Below are positions 16,764 through 26,242 of a stretch of 64,000 nt of DNA, piece after piece; position 1 is the first letter of the stretch, and the number at the start of each line of letters is the position of its first letter. This DNA is from Candidatus Jorgensenbacteria bacterium GW2011_GWA1_48_11 (GTDB lineage Bacteria > Patescibacteriota > Minisyncoccia > UBA6257 > GWB1-50-10): assembly GCA_001003475.1 (NCBI GenBank), contig LCPF01000001.1, forward strand, positions 234,571 through 298,570, written 5' to 3'. The translations under genes and the position numbers were made by a program. The notes under the pieces are model-generated. The model was not told the origin of the DNA. It did no database searches and saw nothing but the letters and a program-made list of their open reading frames with translations.

Positions 16764-18272
16764 ATGTCGGAACAAAGAAAAATCGGTTCTTTCATCAAAT
16801 CTCTGCGCGAGGCGCGCGGTTTGACGCAGGAAGAATTTGCCAAAGCGCTCGGCACTTCGCAGAGCGCGGTGGCGCGGATGGAACGCGGCGGTCAGAATTT
16901 CACGACGCACGTCTTGGGAAAGATCGGCCGGACCCTGGAACATAAGATCGTCGCCTTGACGAACTCCGTTGACTTCAAGATCGAGGGCGGGCGCAAGCTG
17001 CACGGCGCGATTACGACGAATTCTTCCAAGAACGGCGCTTTGGGTTTGCTCGCCGCCTCATTGATAAACCGGGCGCCGACCACATTGCGCGGCATTCCGC
17101 GCATCGAGGAGGTGAACCGGTTCGTGGAAGTTTTGCAGAGCATCGGCGTAAAAGTGGAGTGGATAGATAAGAATAGCGTACTCGTTACGCCGCCCAAGAC
17201 ATTGCGATTGGGCGAAATGAACAATCTTTCGGCGGAGAAGATCCGTTCGATTCTGATGCTCATCGGCGGTCTTATCCATCGGGCCAAATTATTTTCCATT
17301 CCGCATGCGGGCGGCTGCAAGATGGGGAATCGGACGATTGCCGCCCATCGTTATGGCCTCGAGGCATTGGGAGTGAAGATCGCCACTCGCGATAAGAAAT
17401 ACGATATTAAGGTCGGCAAGCTGCAGCCAGCCGAAATCACGCTTTATGAAGCGAGCGATACGGCCACGGAAAATTTGCTGATTGCGGCGGCGGGCATTCC
17501 GGGCACGACCGTCATTTCTTTTGCCACCCCGAATTATCAAGTGCAGGAAGTTTGTTTTTTCTTGGAGGCATTGGGTATCCGTTTGGAGGGCATCGGTACC
17601 TCGACGCTTACGGTGCACGGCGTGGAAAAAATCGATACGCCCATAGAATACGAGAACAGCGAAGACCCGATCGAATCAATGATGTTTCTCTCGGCGGCAA
17701 TCACGACCAAATCGGAATTGACCGTGAAGCGCTGCCCGATAGATTTTTTAAAGTTGGAGCTTTTAAAATTGGAGAAGATGGGATTGCGGTACAAAAAAAC
17801 GCGAGAGTATCTTTCCCGGAACCGGCGGACAAAATTGGTGGACGTCACGGTCTATCCGTCACGGCTCACGGCCCTCGACGACAAAATTCATGCTCAGCCT
17901 TACCCCGGGATCAATACCGATAATTTGCCCTTTTTCGTGCCGATCGCGACGCAGGCCCTGGGTACCACCTTGATTCACGATTGGATGTGGGAGAATCGGG
18001 CAATTTATTTTACGGAACTCAATCGTTTGGGCGCGAAAGTCACCTTGGCCGATCCGCACCGCGCTTTTATCCAGGGGCCGACGCCGCTTAAGGCGACGCA
18101 AGTGGTTTGTCCGCCCGCTTTGCGGCCGGCAATGATCATTTTGATCGCGATGCTCGGCGCCAAAGGCGTTTCCATTTTGCGCAATGTTTATTCGATTAAC
18201 CGGGGCTATGAGGAGATCGCCCATCGTTTGAACAGCATCGGTGCCCGCATCTCGGTTTTGAGCGGGGTGTAG
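16764..18272 (+). CDS. murA: UDP-N-acetylglucosamine 1-carboxyvinyltransferase (MurA) with an N-terminal XRE-family helix-turn-helix domain
   Basis: Residues 1–65 form a Cro/C1-type HTH (…LREARGLTQEEFAKALGTSQSAVARMERG…). The rest is full-length MurA (KLHGAITTNSSKNGALGLLAASL…, catalytic Cys in IPHAGGCKMG). It is one continuous 502-aa ORF. Confidence 0.8.
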   Translation: MSEQRKIGSFIKSLREARGLTQEEFAKALGTSQSAVARMERGGQNFTTHVLGKIGRTLEHKIVALTNSVDFKIEGGRKLHGAITTNSSKNGALGLLAASLINRAPTTLRGIPRIEEVNRFVEVLQSIGVKVEWIDKNSVLVTPPKTLRLGEMNNLSAEKIRSILMLIGGLIHRAKLFSIPHAGGCKMGNRTIAAHRYGLEALGVKIATRDKKYDIKVGKLQPAEITLYEASDTATENLLIAAAGIPGTTVISFATPNYQVQEVCFFLEALGIRLEGIGTSTLTVHGVEKIDTPIEYENSEDPIESMMFLSAAITTKSELTVKRCPIDFLKLELLKLEKMGLRYKKTREYLSRNRRTKLVDVTVYPSRLTALDDKIHAQPYPGINTDNLPFFVPIATQALGTTLIHDWMWENRAIYFTELNRLGAKVTLADPHRAFIQGPTPLKATQVVCPPALRPAMIILIAMLGAKGVSILRNVYSINRGYEEIAHRLNSIGARISVLSGV

Positions 18273-18327
18273 CTTTTAATGAAAGCAAACACCCCGTTAA
18301 CATAGCGAGGCGTCGATTTTTATTTTG

Positions 18328-18398
18328 TGCGGGTAGGCGGAATCGAACCGCCGTCTCATCCTTGGCAAGGACGTGTTCTGCCACTAAACCATACCCGC
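18328..18398 (-). tRNA. tRNA-Gly (anticodon GCC)
   Basis: Acceptor GCGGGTA/TACCCGC, anticodon stem CGTCC/GGATG with loop TTGCCAA, T-stem GGCGG/CCGCC. Confidence 0.8.
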
Positions 18399-18473
18399 CT
18401 TCGCTCGCCTTGCGAGCTTCGGCGGGCAGGCCCGCCATAAAACTCGTGAAAACGAAAGCTATCTTATTTTAAA

Positions 18474-18659
18474 TTACTGCACCGGTGGCGGACCGCTGGG
18501 ACCTGTTATGTAAGGCGTACTCGTCGGTCCTTTGAAGGCCCGGTCCGGTGTCGCGGTCGGCGCCTCTGTTCTCGGCACGCCGAAAACCAGCGGCCAGACG
18601 ATCGATAAAACGATTAAGGCCAGCACGATAAGAAGAATTATCAATCCGACCCTGCTCAT
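18474..18659 (-). CDS. Small membrane protein (61 aa) with a Pro/Thr-rich tail
   Basis: One TM helix followed by PRTEAPTATPD…GPSGPPPVQ; located between two tRNAs. Confidence 0.35.
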   Translation of the reverse strand: MSRVGLIILLIVLALIVLSIVWPLVFGVPRTEAPTATPDRAFKGPTSTPYITGPSGPPPVQ

Positions 18660-18718
18660 TGAAATAATTTAAACCAAAAACGTTTTTAATTCAAATTGCG
18701 ACTTCATTATTTTTTTTG

Positions 18719-18790
18719 TGCCCTCGAGAGGAATCGAACCTCTATTACAAGATCCGCAATCTTGCGTCCTGTCCGTTGAACGACGAGGGC
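18719..18790 (-). tRNA. tRNA-Arg (anticodon GCG; unusual isoacceptor)
   Basis: Acceptor GCCCTCG/CGAGGGC, anticodon stem CAAGA/TCTTG with loop TTGCGGA (G34 C35 G36, G37), T-loop TTCGATT. Confidence 0.6.
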
Positions 18791-18875
18791 AAATGAGACG
18801 ATAAAATGTGCCTTTGTGTATATTATACCGCTGAATGCCGCCCTTGTTTTGCTTTTAGCAAAGCCGGGGGGGCGT

Positions 18876-19358
18876 TCAGAATCCCAGCCAATCCGCGAAA
18901 ACGTCGATTATCGATTCCTTGTGTTCGATTGCCGGCAGTTTTTCGCCGAGGAACGTTTGGGCTTCGGCCGCGGTTTTGGCGTCAATCGGGATCTTTACGT
19001 AGGGATTGAAAGCGGACTTTTTCTTCAAGATCATTTCATCCAGTCGGCCCGGCCGGTTATTGATCGTAAAGCCTTCCAAGGCCTCGTAATTATAAAATAT
19101 CTTGGGGCCGATCCCGACGCCTTCATCGGTCAGGCGGAAGTCCAATGTTTGGGATTTAGTCCGGCCGAAAGCGACAAGCACCACGAAGGCAAAAACAATG
19201 AAAATCCCAAAAAAGAAATTGCCGCTGGCGAGGGAAAAAACAACCAATAAGAAAGAGATGCCGCCCACCACGAGATACCAGATTGGCCCCCGGTCGAAAC
19301 TCTCATATTCGGCGGCCCGCCAACTCAAGCCTTTTTCTGAACCCGTTTTTTTTGACAT
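18876..19358 (-). CDS. Hypothetical membrane protein (two TM helices plus a soluble C-terminal domain)
   Basis: 160-aa ORF with two hydrophobic helices; no recognised motifs. Confidence 0.45.
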   Translation of the reverse strand: MSKKTGSEKGLSWRAAEYESFDRGPIWYLVVGGISFLLVVFSLASGNFFFGIFIVFAFVVLVAFGRTKSQTLDFRLTDEGVGIGPKIFYNYEALEGFTINNRPGRLDEMILKKKSAFNPYVKIPIDAKTAAEAQTFLGEKLPAIEHKESIIDVFADWLGF

Positions 19359-19375
19359 ATGTTATTTTTAAAACT

Positions 19376-19453
19376 TGGTAGCCCCGACGGGATTCGAACC
19401 CGTGTACCAGGCTTGAAAAGCCTGTGTCCTAGGCCAGACTAGACGACAGGGCC
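19376..19453 (-). tRNA. tRNA-Glu (anticodon TTC), CCA encoded
   Basis: Acceptor GGCCCTG/CGGGGCT with two G·U pairs; a GTCTAG…CTAGGAC D-arm like E. coli tRNA-Glu; anticodon loop TTTTCAA; T-loop TTCGAAT; ACCA at the end. Confidence 0.75.
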
Positions 19454-19454
19454 A

Positions 19455-19691
19455 TTACTTTAAGTGTCTTTTCATAAAAGCACGGCCTGAGCCGGACTTC
19501 AAGTATTTTTCAAACTTGAAAGCTGTATATTTATCAGCAAACACGAGATAACAATCTAATTTTACTGGTCTAATGTTTCTTGTCGCTGGGACATAACCTT
19601 TCTCATGTCTCTCAAGCCCATCTTTTAAGTCGTCAGTACAACCTGTATAAGATTTATCGTTTTTGCAATTCAGGATATAAACATACCACAT
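19455..19691 (-). CDS. GIY-YIG nuclease-superfamily small protein (UPF0213/YhbQ-like)
   Basis: MWYVYIL…YTGCTDDL…RHEKG…, a typical GIY-YIG core; 78 aa; sits between two tRNA genes. Confidence 0.7.
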   Translation of the reverse strand: MWYVYILNCKNDKSYTGCTDDLKDGLERHEKGYVPATRNIRPVKLDCYLVFADKYTAFKFEKYLKSGSGRAFMKRHLK

Positions 19692-19768
19692 AAAATTTCT
19701 TGGCGAATCCCGCCGTCGCGATCTTCTGGCGGACTGCGTCCGCCGAAGCCCGCTATGGCGGACGAAGG

Positions 19769-19857
19769 CGGAGGCGGAAGGATTCGAACCTTCGGTACGG
19801 TTTTACCCGTACAACGGTTTAGCAAACCGCTTCTTTAAGCCACTCAGACACGCCTCC
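19769..19857 (-). tRNA. tRNA-Ser (anticodon GCT)
   Basis: Acceptor GGAGGCG/CGCCTCC, anticodon stem GCGGT/ACCGT with loop TTGCTAA, long variable arm GTACGGG…CCGTAC, T-loop TTCGAAT. Confidence 0.75.
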
Positions 19858-19931
19858 AAAAAATCGCAAGACTGCTTGTTTTTATACCATTTATCTGCTA
19901 ATTTTACAAATACCAACAAGCTTTTACTACT

Positions 19932-21326
19932 ATGAAACGTCCTCCAATTGTGGTGGTCATGGGTCACGTTGACCACGGCAAAACCACCTTACTCGATTAT
20001 ATCCGCGAGACGACCGTTGCTTCGAGAGAAGCGGGCGGCATCACGCAGGCCATCGGCGCTTATGAGATCGAGCGCAACAATCGGAAGATAACTTTCATCG
20101 ATACGCCCGGCCATGAAGCTTTCCACAAAATGAGGGCGCACGGCGCGCGGATTGCCGACGTTGCCATTCTCGTCGTGGCGGCCGATGAGAGCGTGAAGCC
20201 CCAGACCAAAGACGCTCTCCAGAATATTTTGGAAGCGAAAATTCCCTATCTCGTGGCGATTAACAAAATCGATAAGCCTGGAGCGAATATCGAAAAAACC
20301 AAACAGGACCTGGCTCAAAATAACGTGTTCCTCGAGGGGTTCGGCGGCAACATTTCCTGGCAGGCAATCTCAGCGAAGACCGGCGAGGGCGTGCCCGAAC
20401 TTCTGGACTTGATCTTGCTTACGGCCGATATCGAAAACCTGGCTTACGACGAGAAAGCGCCAGCCTCGGGCGTCGTGATCACGAGTCATTTAGATCCTCG
20501 CCGCGGCAATATCGTCGGCCTAATTCTCGAGGACGGCGTTTTGAAAACCGGTTCCGAAATTTTCACGCCTGGAGCCAAGGGGAAGATAAAAAGCCTGGAA
20601 AATTTTAAGGGCGAAAAAGTGGAAAGCCTTGAGCCGAGCGCACCGGCTTTGATTTTGGGCTTTGAAAATATGCCGGCGGTCGGCGACCAATTCTCCACCG
20701 ATCCCGCCGCCCTGGAAAAAATCGCCAAAAAATCCGTGGTGGCTGAAGCGGCAGCGGAAAACGCTCTGGCTGTAATTTTGAAAGCCAACGAGATGGGTTC
20801 GCTTTCGGCTCTGGAGCACGTTATCGGACAAATCAACAAAGAATCTCCTTTATGGATAATTGACAAGAGCGTGGGCGATGTCTATGAAAACGACATCAAG
20901 CTTGCCCAGTCTACAAAAGCTTTGATTGCCGGCTTCAAGATTAAAGTCGATCGGGCCGCCTTGAATCTCGCCAAATCCCAGAGCATCGATATCATTACTT
21001 CGCCCGTGATCTACGATCTTGAAAAGCAGCTCAAAAAATACATCGGTTTCCATGCCGTGCGTCCGAAAAGAATTTTGGAGATTTTGGCGGTTTTCGGCAA
21101 GCGCAAAAATAACAAGCAGATCGTCGGCGGCCGGGTTGTTTTGGGGCCGATTAAAAATAAGGAAAATTTCGAGATCGAGGACAACGGTCAAATTGCGGGC
21201 AAGGGAAAAATCATCAATCTTCAATCGGGCAAGCAAGACGTGCTTGAAGCGGCCGCCGAGAGCGAGGCCGGCCTGCTGGTTGAGAGCGACGCGGAAATCA
21301 AGCCAGGCGTGAAACTTCTTTTTTAA
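19932..21326 (+). CDS. infB: Translation initiation factor IF-2, short form that starts at the G domain
   Basis: GHVDHGKTTLLD, DTPGHEAF and NKID GTPase motifs plus C-terminal IF-2 beta-barrel domains. At 464 aa it has no long N-terminal extension. Confidence 0.9.
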   Translation: MKRPPIVVVMGHVDHGKTTLLDYIRETTVASREAGGITQAIGAYEIERNNRKITFIDTPGHEAFHKMRAHGARIADVAILVVAADESVKPQTKDALQNILEAKIPYLVAINKIDKPGANIEKTKQDLAQNNVFLEGFGGNISWQAISAKTGEGVPELLDLILLTADIENLAYDEKAPASGVVITSHLDPRRGNIVGLILEDGVLKTGSEIFTPGAKGKIKSLENFKGEKVESLEPSAPALILGFENMPAVGDQFSTDPAALEKIAKKSVVAEAAAENALAVILKANEMGSLSALEHVIGQINKESPLWIIDKSVGDVYENDIKLAQSTKALIAGFKIKVDRAALNLAKSQSIDIITSPVIYDLEKQLKKYIGFHAVRPKRILEILAVFGKRKNNKQIVGGRVVLGPIKNKENFEIEDNGQIAGKGKIINLQSGKQDVLEAAAESEAGLLVESDAEIKPGVKLLF

Positions 21327-21327
21327 A

Positions 21328-21686
<359 letters not shown>

Positions 21687-21698
21687 CCCAGATGATTT

Positions 21699-21783
21699 GC
21701 CCGGGTGCTGAAATTGGTATACAGGAGGGACTTAAAATCCCTTGTCCCTAAAGGACGTGTGGGTTCGACCCCCACCCCGGGCA
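21699..21783 (+). tRNA. tRNA-Leu (anticodon TAA)
   Basis: Acceptor GCCCGGG/CCCGGGC, anticodon stem AGGGA/TCCCT with loop CTTAAAA, long variable arm, T-loop TTCGACC. Confidence 0.75.
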
Positions 21784-21824
21784 CCGAACAATATTAATCG
21801 TTGCAATAGAGGTTGCCTGGAGTT

Positions 21825-22640
21825 ATGGAATTAAAATTATTGACATTCAATATCTGGGACGTTCCACTTCACCTTTCCCTGAATCGCCACGAGCGCGCCC
21901 ATCGCATCGGCGGCTATCTCAAAAAATGGACGCCGGACATTATTTGCCTTCAAGAAGCCTTCGACGTCGAGCACCGGCGGCGGATAAGGGAGGATGTAGG
22001 TAACCACGATTACAACATTATTGAAGAGTACGACGAAACCCGTCGCACCCTTCTTTTCAAGCGTTTTGATTTGACCGGCGGCCTGGTAATTCTTTCGCGT
22101 TATCCCATTAAGGAGAGCTTGTTCACGCCCTTTAAGCGGCCGTTGCGCATGACCTTGCCCGAGCGCATCGGCCGGAAAGGATTTCTGAAAGCGCTAATCG
22201 AAACACCGGCCGGTCCGCTTTTGGTCGTGAATACTCATCTCTGCTCACCCGGCCTCTGGACGAACCATCGGATGCGGATTTTCCAAATTAAGCAGTTGCT
22301 TGAAGACCTGGGGGGATCAAACAACGTTCCAATTATCCTAGCCGGGGATTTAAACGAAGATCTTGCTTTGGGCGGGGAGGACTTTTTCCAGCTTATTAAA
22401 AACGCCGGTTTTGACGACGGCGCCGAATTTTTCGGCCAGGCGGAAAAACCGACCCGCCGCTCCGAAAACGTTTACGATGATAAATGGTACGGCAATGGCG
22501 ACGGTTCGCATCGGTTGGATTACATTCTTTTGAGAAATCCGAAAAATAATTTTAAGTTCAGCGATTATCGGGTTTTGTCTCAGCCTCGGGAAATTACCCT
22601 TTCGGATCACGAGCCGGTCCTGGCGACTCTTAGGGCCTGA
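21825..22640 (+). CDS. Endonuclease/exonuclease/phosphatase (EEP, DNase I-like) family protein
   Basis: …LLTFNIW… and …DIICLQEA… N-terminal motifs and a C-terminal …LSDHEPV… motif, as in the EEP fold. The start is taken at ATG 21825, 4 nt after GGAG. Confidence 0.7.
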   Translation: MELKLLTFNIWDVPLHLSLNRHERAHRIGGYLKKWTPDIICLQEAFDVEHRRRIREDVGNHDYNIIEEYDETRRTLLFKRFDLTGGLVILSRYPIKESLFTPFKRPLRMTLPERIGRKGFLKALIETPAGPLLVVNTHLCSPGLWTNHRMRIFQIKQLLEDLGGSNNVPIILAGDLNEDLALGGEDFFQLIKNAGFDDGAEFFGQAEKPTRRSENVYDDKWYGNGDGSHRLDYILLRNPKNNFKFSDYRVLSQPREITLSDHEPVLATLRA

Positions 22641-22652
22641 TTTTCGGGAAGA

Positions 22653-23798
22653 CTAGCCGACGATTTTCCAAAACCGGCGCTTGCCGATTTTGAGTACCTC
22701 CCTGCCTTTAAGGGAGATTTTTTCTTGGGCGTTTGTTTTGGTTTCCTCGTTGATTTTGACCGCTCCTTGGTCAATAAGTCGTCGGGCTTCGCTTTTACTT
22801 GGAATGCCGGCCTGGAGCAGTAGATCGATCAGGGCGATATTCTTGTTTTTTATTTTCAATTCCTCCAATTCTTCGGGCATTTCTTTCTTGGAAAATATTT
22901 TTACGAATTCTTCGCGGGCTTTTAGAGCCGTCTTTTCGCCGTGATACATCTCCACTAGCGTTTGGGCGAGGAGCATTTTCGCGGCATAAGGGCCGGTATT
23001 TTTCGGCTGGTCAACGTCGGTTAAAAGTGTGAAGTATTTTGGGATGAGATTATCGGGAATGGACATTGCCTTGCCGAACATTTCTTCGGGCTCGTCTTCC
23101 AAGCCGATATAATTGTCGTAACTTTTGGACATCTTGCGGACGCCGTCGGTGCCCTCGATCAGGGGCAGGATCATGATGTCTTGTTCCGGCAAACCAAAGT
23201 GTCTTTGAAGGCGCCGGCCCATCAGCAAATTCAGTTTTTGGTCGGTTCCGCCGAGTTCAACATCGGCCTTGATTACGACCGAATCGTATCCTTGAAGAAT
23301 GGCATAGAGAGATTCAAGGACCGTGACGTCGCCGCCGGCATTCAATCTTTTTTGAAAATCTTCCCTTTTCATAACCTGGCTTATGCTGACTGCTTTTGTC
23401 ATGGCAAGGAAATTTTTCAGTCCTTGTTTGTGCCACTCGCCGTTGTATCTGACCTCGGCTTTTTTGACGTTAATGACCTTGCCGGCCATTCGGATATAGT
23501 TTTTGAGATTATACTTCACCTCTTTTTCGGTAAGGGGCTGCCTTTCCGCGGATTGGCCGGAAGGGTCGCCGATCTGGGCCGTAAAATCGCCGATGATCAA
23601 AATGATTTTATGTCCGGCGTCCTGGAACTGCTTGAGTTTTCGCAAAATTACGGTGTGCCCCAGGTGAATGTCTGATTTCGTCGGGTCAATGCCGAGTTTC
23701 ACCCGGAGTTTTTTGCCGGACTTCAGGGCCGCTTCCAAATGAGGGCGCGTGATTATCTCTTCCACGCCCCGATTCAAGATAATTTCATTCATATCCAT
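22653..23798 (-). CDS. tyrS: Tyrosyl-tRNA synthetase
   Basis: HIGH-type IHLGH, KMSKS, and a C-terminal S4 domain (…KSEARRLIDQGAVKIN…). Confidence 0.9.
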   Translation of the reverse strand: MDMNEIILNRGVEEIITRPHLEAALKSGKKLRVKLGIDPTKSDIHLGHTVILRKLKQFQDAGHKIILIIGDFTAQIGDPSGQSAERQPLTEKEVKYNLKNYIRMAGKVINVKKAEVRYNGEWHKQGLKNFLAMTKAVSISQVMKREDFQKRLNAGGDVTVLESLYAILQGYDSVVIKADVELGGTDQKLNLLMGRRLQRHFGLPEQDIMILPLIEGTDGVRKMSKSYDNYIGLEDEPEEMFGKAMSIPDNLIPKYFTLLTDVDQPKNTGPYAAKMLLAQTLVEMYHGEKTALKAREEFVKIFSKKEMPEELEELKIKNKNIALIDLLLQAGIPSKSEARRLIDQGAVKINEETKTNAQEKISLKGREVLKIGKRRFWKIVG

Positions 23799-23810
23799 TG
23801 GGTTTATTAT

Positions 23811-24050
23811 AATTGGCAGCGAGGCGAAAATAAACAGGAAGGTTTATTTTCAACGAGCAAACCAATTAGTGAAGCGAAGCCTCACTTTAATTGGCAGCGA
23901 GGCGAAAATAAACAGGAAGGTTTATTTTCAACGAGCAAACCAATTAGTGAAGCGAAGCCTCGCTTTAATTGGCGGTGGGCAAAAAGCAAAAACGAAGCGG
24001 TTTTATTTCGGTCGAACGAGCCAATTATATCTGGCGAAACGAAGATATAG
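23811..24050. repeat. 78-bp tandem direct repeat: two copies differing at one base plus a degenerate third copy
   Basis: Units at 23811-23888 and 23889-23966 are identical except for a→g at position 75. The third unit, 23967-~24050, has diverged. Each unit contains an internal inverted motif (AATTGG…CCAATT). Unit length is a multiple of three. Confidence 0.9.
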
Positions 24051-24619
24051 TATGTCCAAAACATGAGGCCGTAGTCCTCGGCTTCCTGGGAAGTGAGGTA
24101 AAAATCCCGGTCCGTGTCCTTCTCTATTTTTTCGAGCTTCTGGCCGGTATGTTTGGCCAGGATGTGGTTGATCTTGTCTTTTATTTTCACGATTTGTCTC
24201 GCCGTGATTTCAATTTCAGTGGCTTGGCCTTCGGCGCCGCCCATCACTTGATGCAGGAGAATTTCGGAATTGGGCAAAGCGAACCTTTTGCCTTTCTGGC
24301 CGGCGGCGAGCAAAACCGCGCCCATTGAAGCGGCCATGCCCACGCAAATCGTCGAAACCGGCGCTTTGACGTGTTGCATCGTGTCGTAGACCGCAAGGCC
24401 GGCCGTGACCGAACCGCCGGGCGTATTCAAATAAAGCTTGATATCTTTTTTCTGGTCTTCGTGGTCGAGGAGCAAAAGTTGGGCGATGACGCTGTTCGCC
24501 ACCTGGTCGTTGATCGGGCCGCCTAGAAAAATGATCCGCTCTTTTAAAAGGCGGGAGTAAATATCGTAAGCCCGCTCGCCGTAAGCCGATTTTTCGATGA
24601 CTGTAGGAATTAAATTCAT
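23882..24619 (-). CDS. clpP: ATP-dependent Clp protease proteolytic subunit, with a C-terminal extension of about 55 aa encoded by the tandem repeat
   Basis: N-terminal [32 protein letters not shown] and the catalytic Ser in GMAASMGA. The conserved core ends near …AEDYGLM (about codon 190). The ORF then reads through repeat units 3 and 2 and stops at the single-base difference of unit 1. Confidence 0.85.
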   Translation of the reverse strand: MNLIPTVIEKSAYGERAYDIYSRLLKERIIFLGGPINDQVANSVIAQLLLLDHEDQKKDIKLYLNTPGGSVTAGLAVYDTMQHVKAPVSTICVGMAASMGAVLLAAGQKGKRFALPNSEILLHQVMGGAEGQATEIEITARQIVKIKDKINHILAKHTGQKLEKIEKDTDRDFYLTSQEAEDYGLMFWTYYIFVSPDIIGSFDRNKTASFLLFAHRQLKRGFASLIGLLVENKPSCLFSPRCQLK

Positions 24620-24723
24620 CCCGTTAGAAATGGAATCACCTGCGACGTTTTATTCTGGCCGCAATATTTTCGAAAAATACTCAGTTTAGTAATAGTTAGA
24701 ATATTGGCGCCATTTCTAACGGG
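24620..24723 (-). repeat. Leader element copy 1: about 104-bp unit bounded by 14-bp inverted repeats (CCCGTTAGAAATGG … CCATTTCTAACGGG), abutting the clpP ATG
   Basis: Arms at 24620-24633 and 24710-24723. On the minus strand the 3' arm ends …TTCTAACGGG and is immediately followed by the clpP ATG. The interior is homologous to copy 2 (…GCGGCCAGAATAAAA… against …GCGGTCTGAATCAAA…). Confidence 0.7.
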
Positions 24724-24728
24724 ATTCA

Positions 24729-25211
24729 TTACGGATATTTTACCAGGCTGATTTCGGTGGCGTCAAATTTTTCGGCGTCCTTGATGTTCTCGGTGCTTGT
24801 TACAGTCACGGCATCGCCGACTTTAAGGTCGGAAAGTTTGAGGCCGGCTATCCTCGGTTGGCCGGTGGCGCTCAATTTACTGTAATCAATCAGGAAGAAT
24901 TTCGTGTCTTTCGTGACGAGGGCGAATCTGGTCTGGGTCGCCCGGGGCGTATTGTCGGTGTGGGGGAGATAGTCGTTGGGGTCAGGCACGAGGAGATTCA
25001 CGGTGCCGCCGTAGATGCCGGTAATCTTGCCGCTTAAGCTCTTAATGACGTCGGGCGGCTTCGGAAAAGCGTAATCCAGAAGCGGCGATAGTTTTTCCGT
25101 CGTTTCTTTCGCCCCTTGGTTTTTGCCGAGGTAAACACCCAAGGCCAGGACCAGGGCCAAAACAGCCAGGCCGACGAAGATGAAGACAATAGTTCTGCTT
25201 CTGGGGGTCAT
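24729..25211 (-). CDS. Hypothetical membrane-anchored protein
   Basis: N-terminal TM helix (IVFIFVGLAVLALVLALGVYL) and a 130-aa extracytoplasmic domain. Its stop lies 5 nt from leader element copy 1. Confidence 0.5.
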   Translation of the reverse strand: MTPRSRTIVFIFVGLAVLALVLALGVYLGKNQGAKETTEKLSPLLDYAFPKPPDVIKSLSGKITGIYGGTVNLLVPDPNDYLPHTDNTPRATQTRFALVTKDTKFFLIDYSKLSATGQPRIAGLKLSDLKVGDAVTVTSTENIKDAEKFDATEISLVKYP

Positions 25212-25344
25212 AATGCTTATATATAGTATAGCATTTTCGTTTCATAATTTTTAAAGCTAGGCTTGACTTTTTTATATAATATGCTATACTTATATAATCG
25301 AAGTTCATTGACAGTCTTATACAACCCTTTGCGAGGATACGACG

Positions 25345-26124
25345 GTGAAGCTCAAGCGCTTGTTCCACAGCGTGTGGGCGTTGGGCTTTGTCGCGTGTAG
25401 CGATAGCCCGATTGCTCCACCGCCACCGCCCCCGCCTCCCATCCCGCCTACTCTTTCGGTCACGACCAACGAGGTCGGTCCGGAGAGTGCGTTGGTCCAC
25501 GCCTCGGCAAACACAGCCGTAGCATGGCGCGTCTTCTGGGGTTCGACGCTTGCTTTCGGCGACACAACGCCGGAAACCAGTCCGTCGCCCGAGCTGAACC
25601 AAACCCTCCGGGGACTCCGAGCGCTCACCACCTATTACTATCAGGTGGAGGCGCGGCTGGATTCTCTGCGGGTGCGGCTCTCAGGCGAGTTCCGAACCCC
25701 CGACTACCCGGTTTGCGACAACCGGAACACGACTACGCCGACCGTGACAGTGACGATCACCTGGACTTCGCCGACGCCGCCGGTCATGGGAAACATTCCG
25801 GTTCTGGACAACGTCGATCTACGCGACTGCAACGGTAGGGTTCTGACCCAGAACGGTGATCAGTTTTTCAGCGGGAGTCCAGGCACGGTCCAGATGCGCG
25901 TGAACTATGGCTCCGGACCGCACTGGTTTGGAGGCATGGTTTTCACGAACGACATTTGGTTCGTGCGCTGGGTTGACGCTTCGGAATTCCGCGTGAACGG
26001 CGTTCGGCTCACCCAGCCTACGGATTCCATGCCGCCGACCTGGCCATGCCGGCCCGATGTCGGTTGCATCCCGGGGCCCCGCTGGAAGTTCTGGGTGGAC
26101 AGCCTGGGCGGTGTCCATTCCTAA
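25345..26124 (+). CDS. Putative lipoprotein with an FN3/PKD-like segment; high GC (about 62%)
   Basis: Signal peptide with the lipobox-like LGFVAC; a poly-Pro run (PPPPPPPPIPP); …TTYYYQVEA… beta-sandwich signature. Its GC content is clearly above the neighbours. Confidence 0.5.
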   Translation: MKLKRLFHSVWALGFVACSDSPIAPPPPPPPPIPPTLSVTTNEVGPESALVHASANTAVAWRVFWGSTLAFGDTTPETSPSPELNQTLRGLRALTTYYYQVEARLDSLRVRLSGEFRTPDYPVCDNRNTTTPTVTVTITWTSPTPPVMGNIPVLDNVDLRDCNGRVLTQNGDQFFSGSPGTVQMRVNYGSGPHWFGGMVFTNDIWFVRWVDASEFRVNGVRLTQPTDSMPPTWPCRPDVGCIPGPRWKFWVDSLGGVHS

Positions 26125-26137
26125 CCCTCGCTCCAAG

Positions 26138-26153
26138 AGCTCTCTAGAGAGCT
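26138..26153. repeat. 16-bp perfect palindrome AGCTCTCTAGAGAGCT
   Basis: Exactly self-complementary; 14 nt after the stop of the lipoprotein gene. Confidence 0.5.
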
Positions 26154-26163
26154 AATGCAATGT

Positions 26164-26207
26164 GGCCCTGTTGTCCCTCCCCGGGATAACAGGGCCATGC
26201 TTTTTTC
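26164..26207 (+). terminator. Rho-independent terminator
   Basis: Stem GGCCCTGTT…AACAGGGCC, followed by ATGCTTTTTT. Confidence 0.7.
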
Positions 26208-26242
26208 CAAAATATCGGTATGTTATAATATAGATAACTTGT

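Noticed and set aside
23811-24050. Possible CRISPR array, given the regularly repeated 78-bp units
   Set aside because: The units are directly tandem with no unique spacers and are translated as part of clpP. This is a tandem repeat, not a repeat–spacer array. No cas genes are present.
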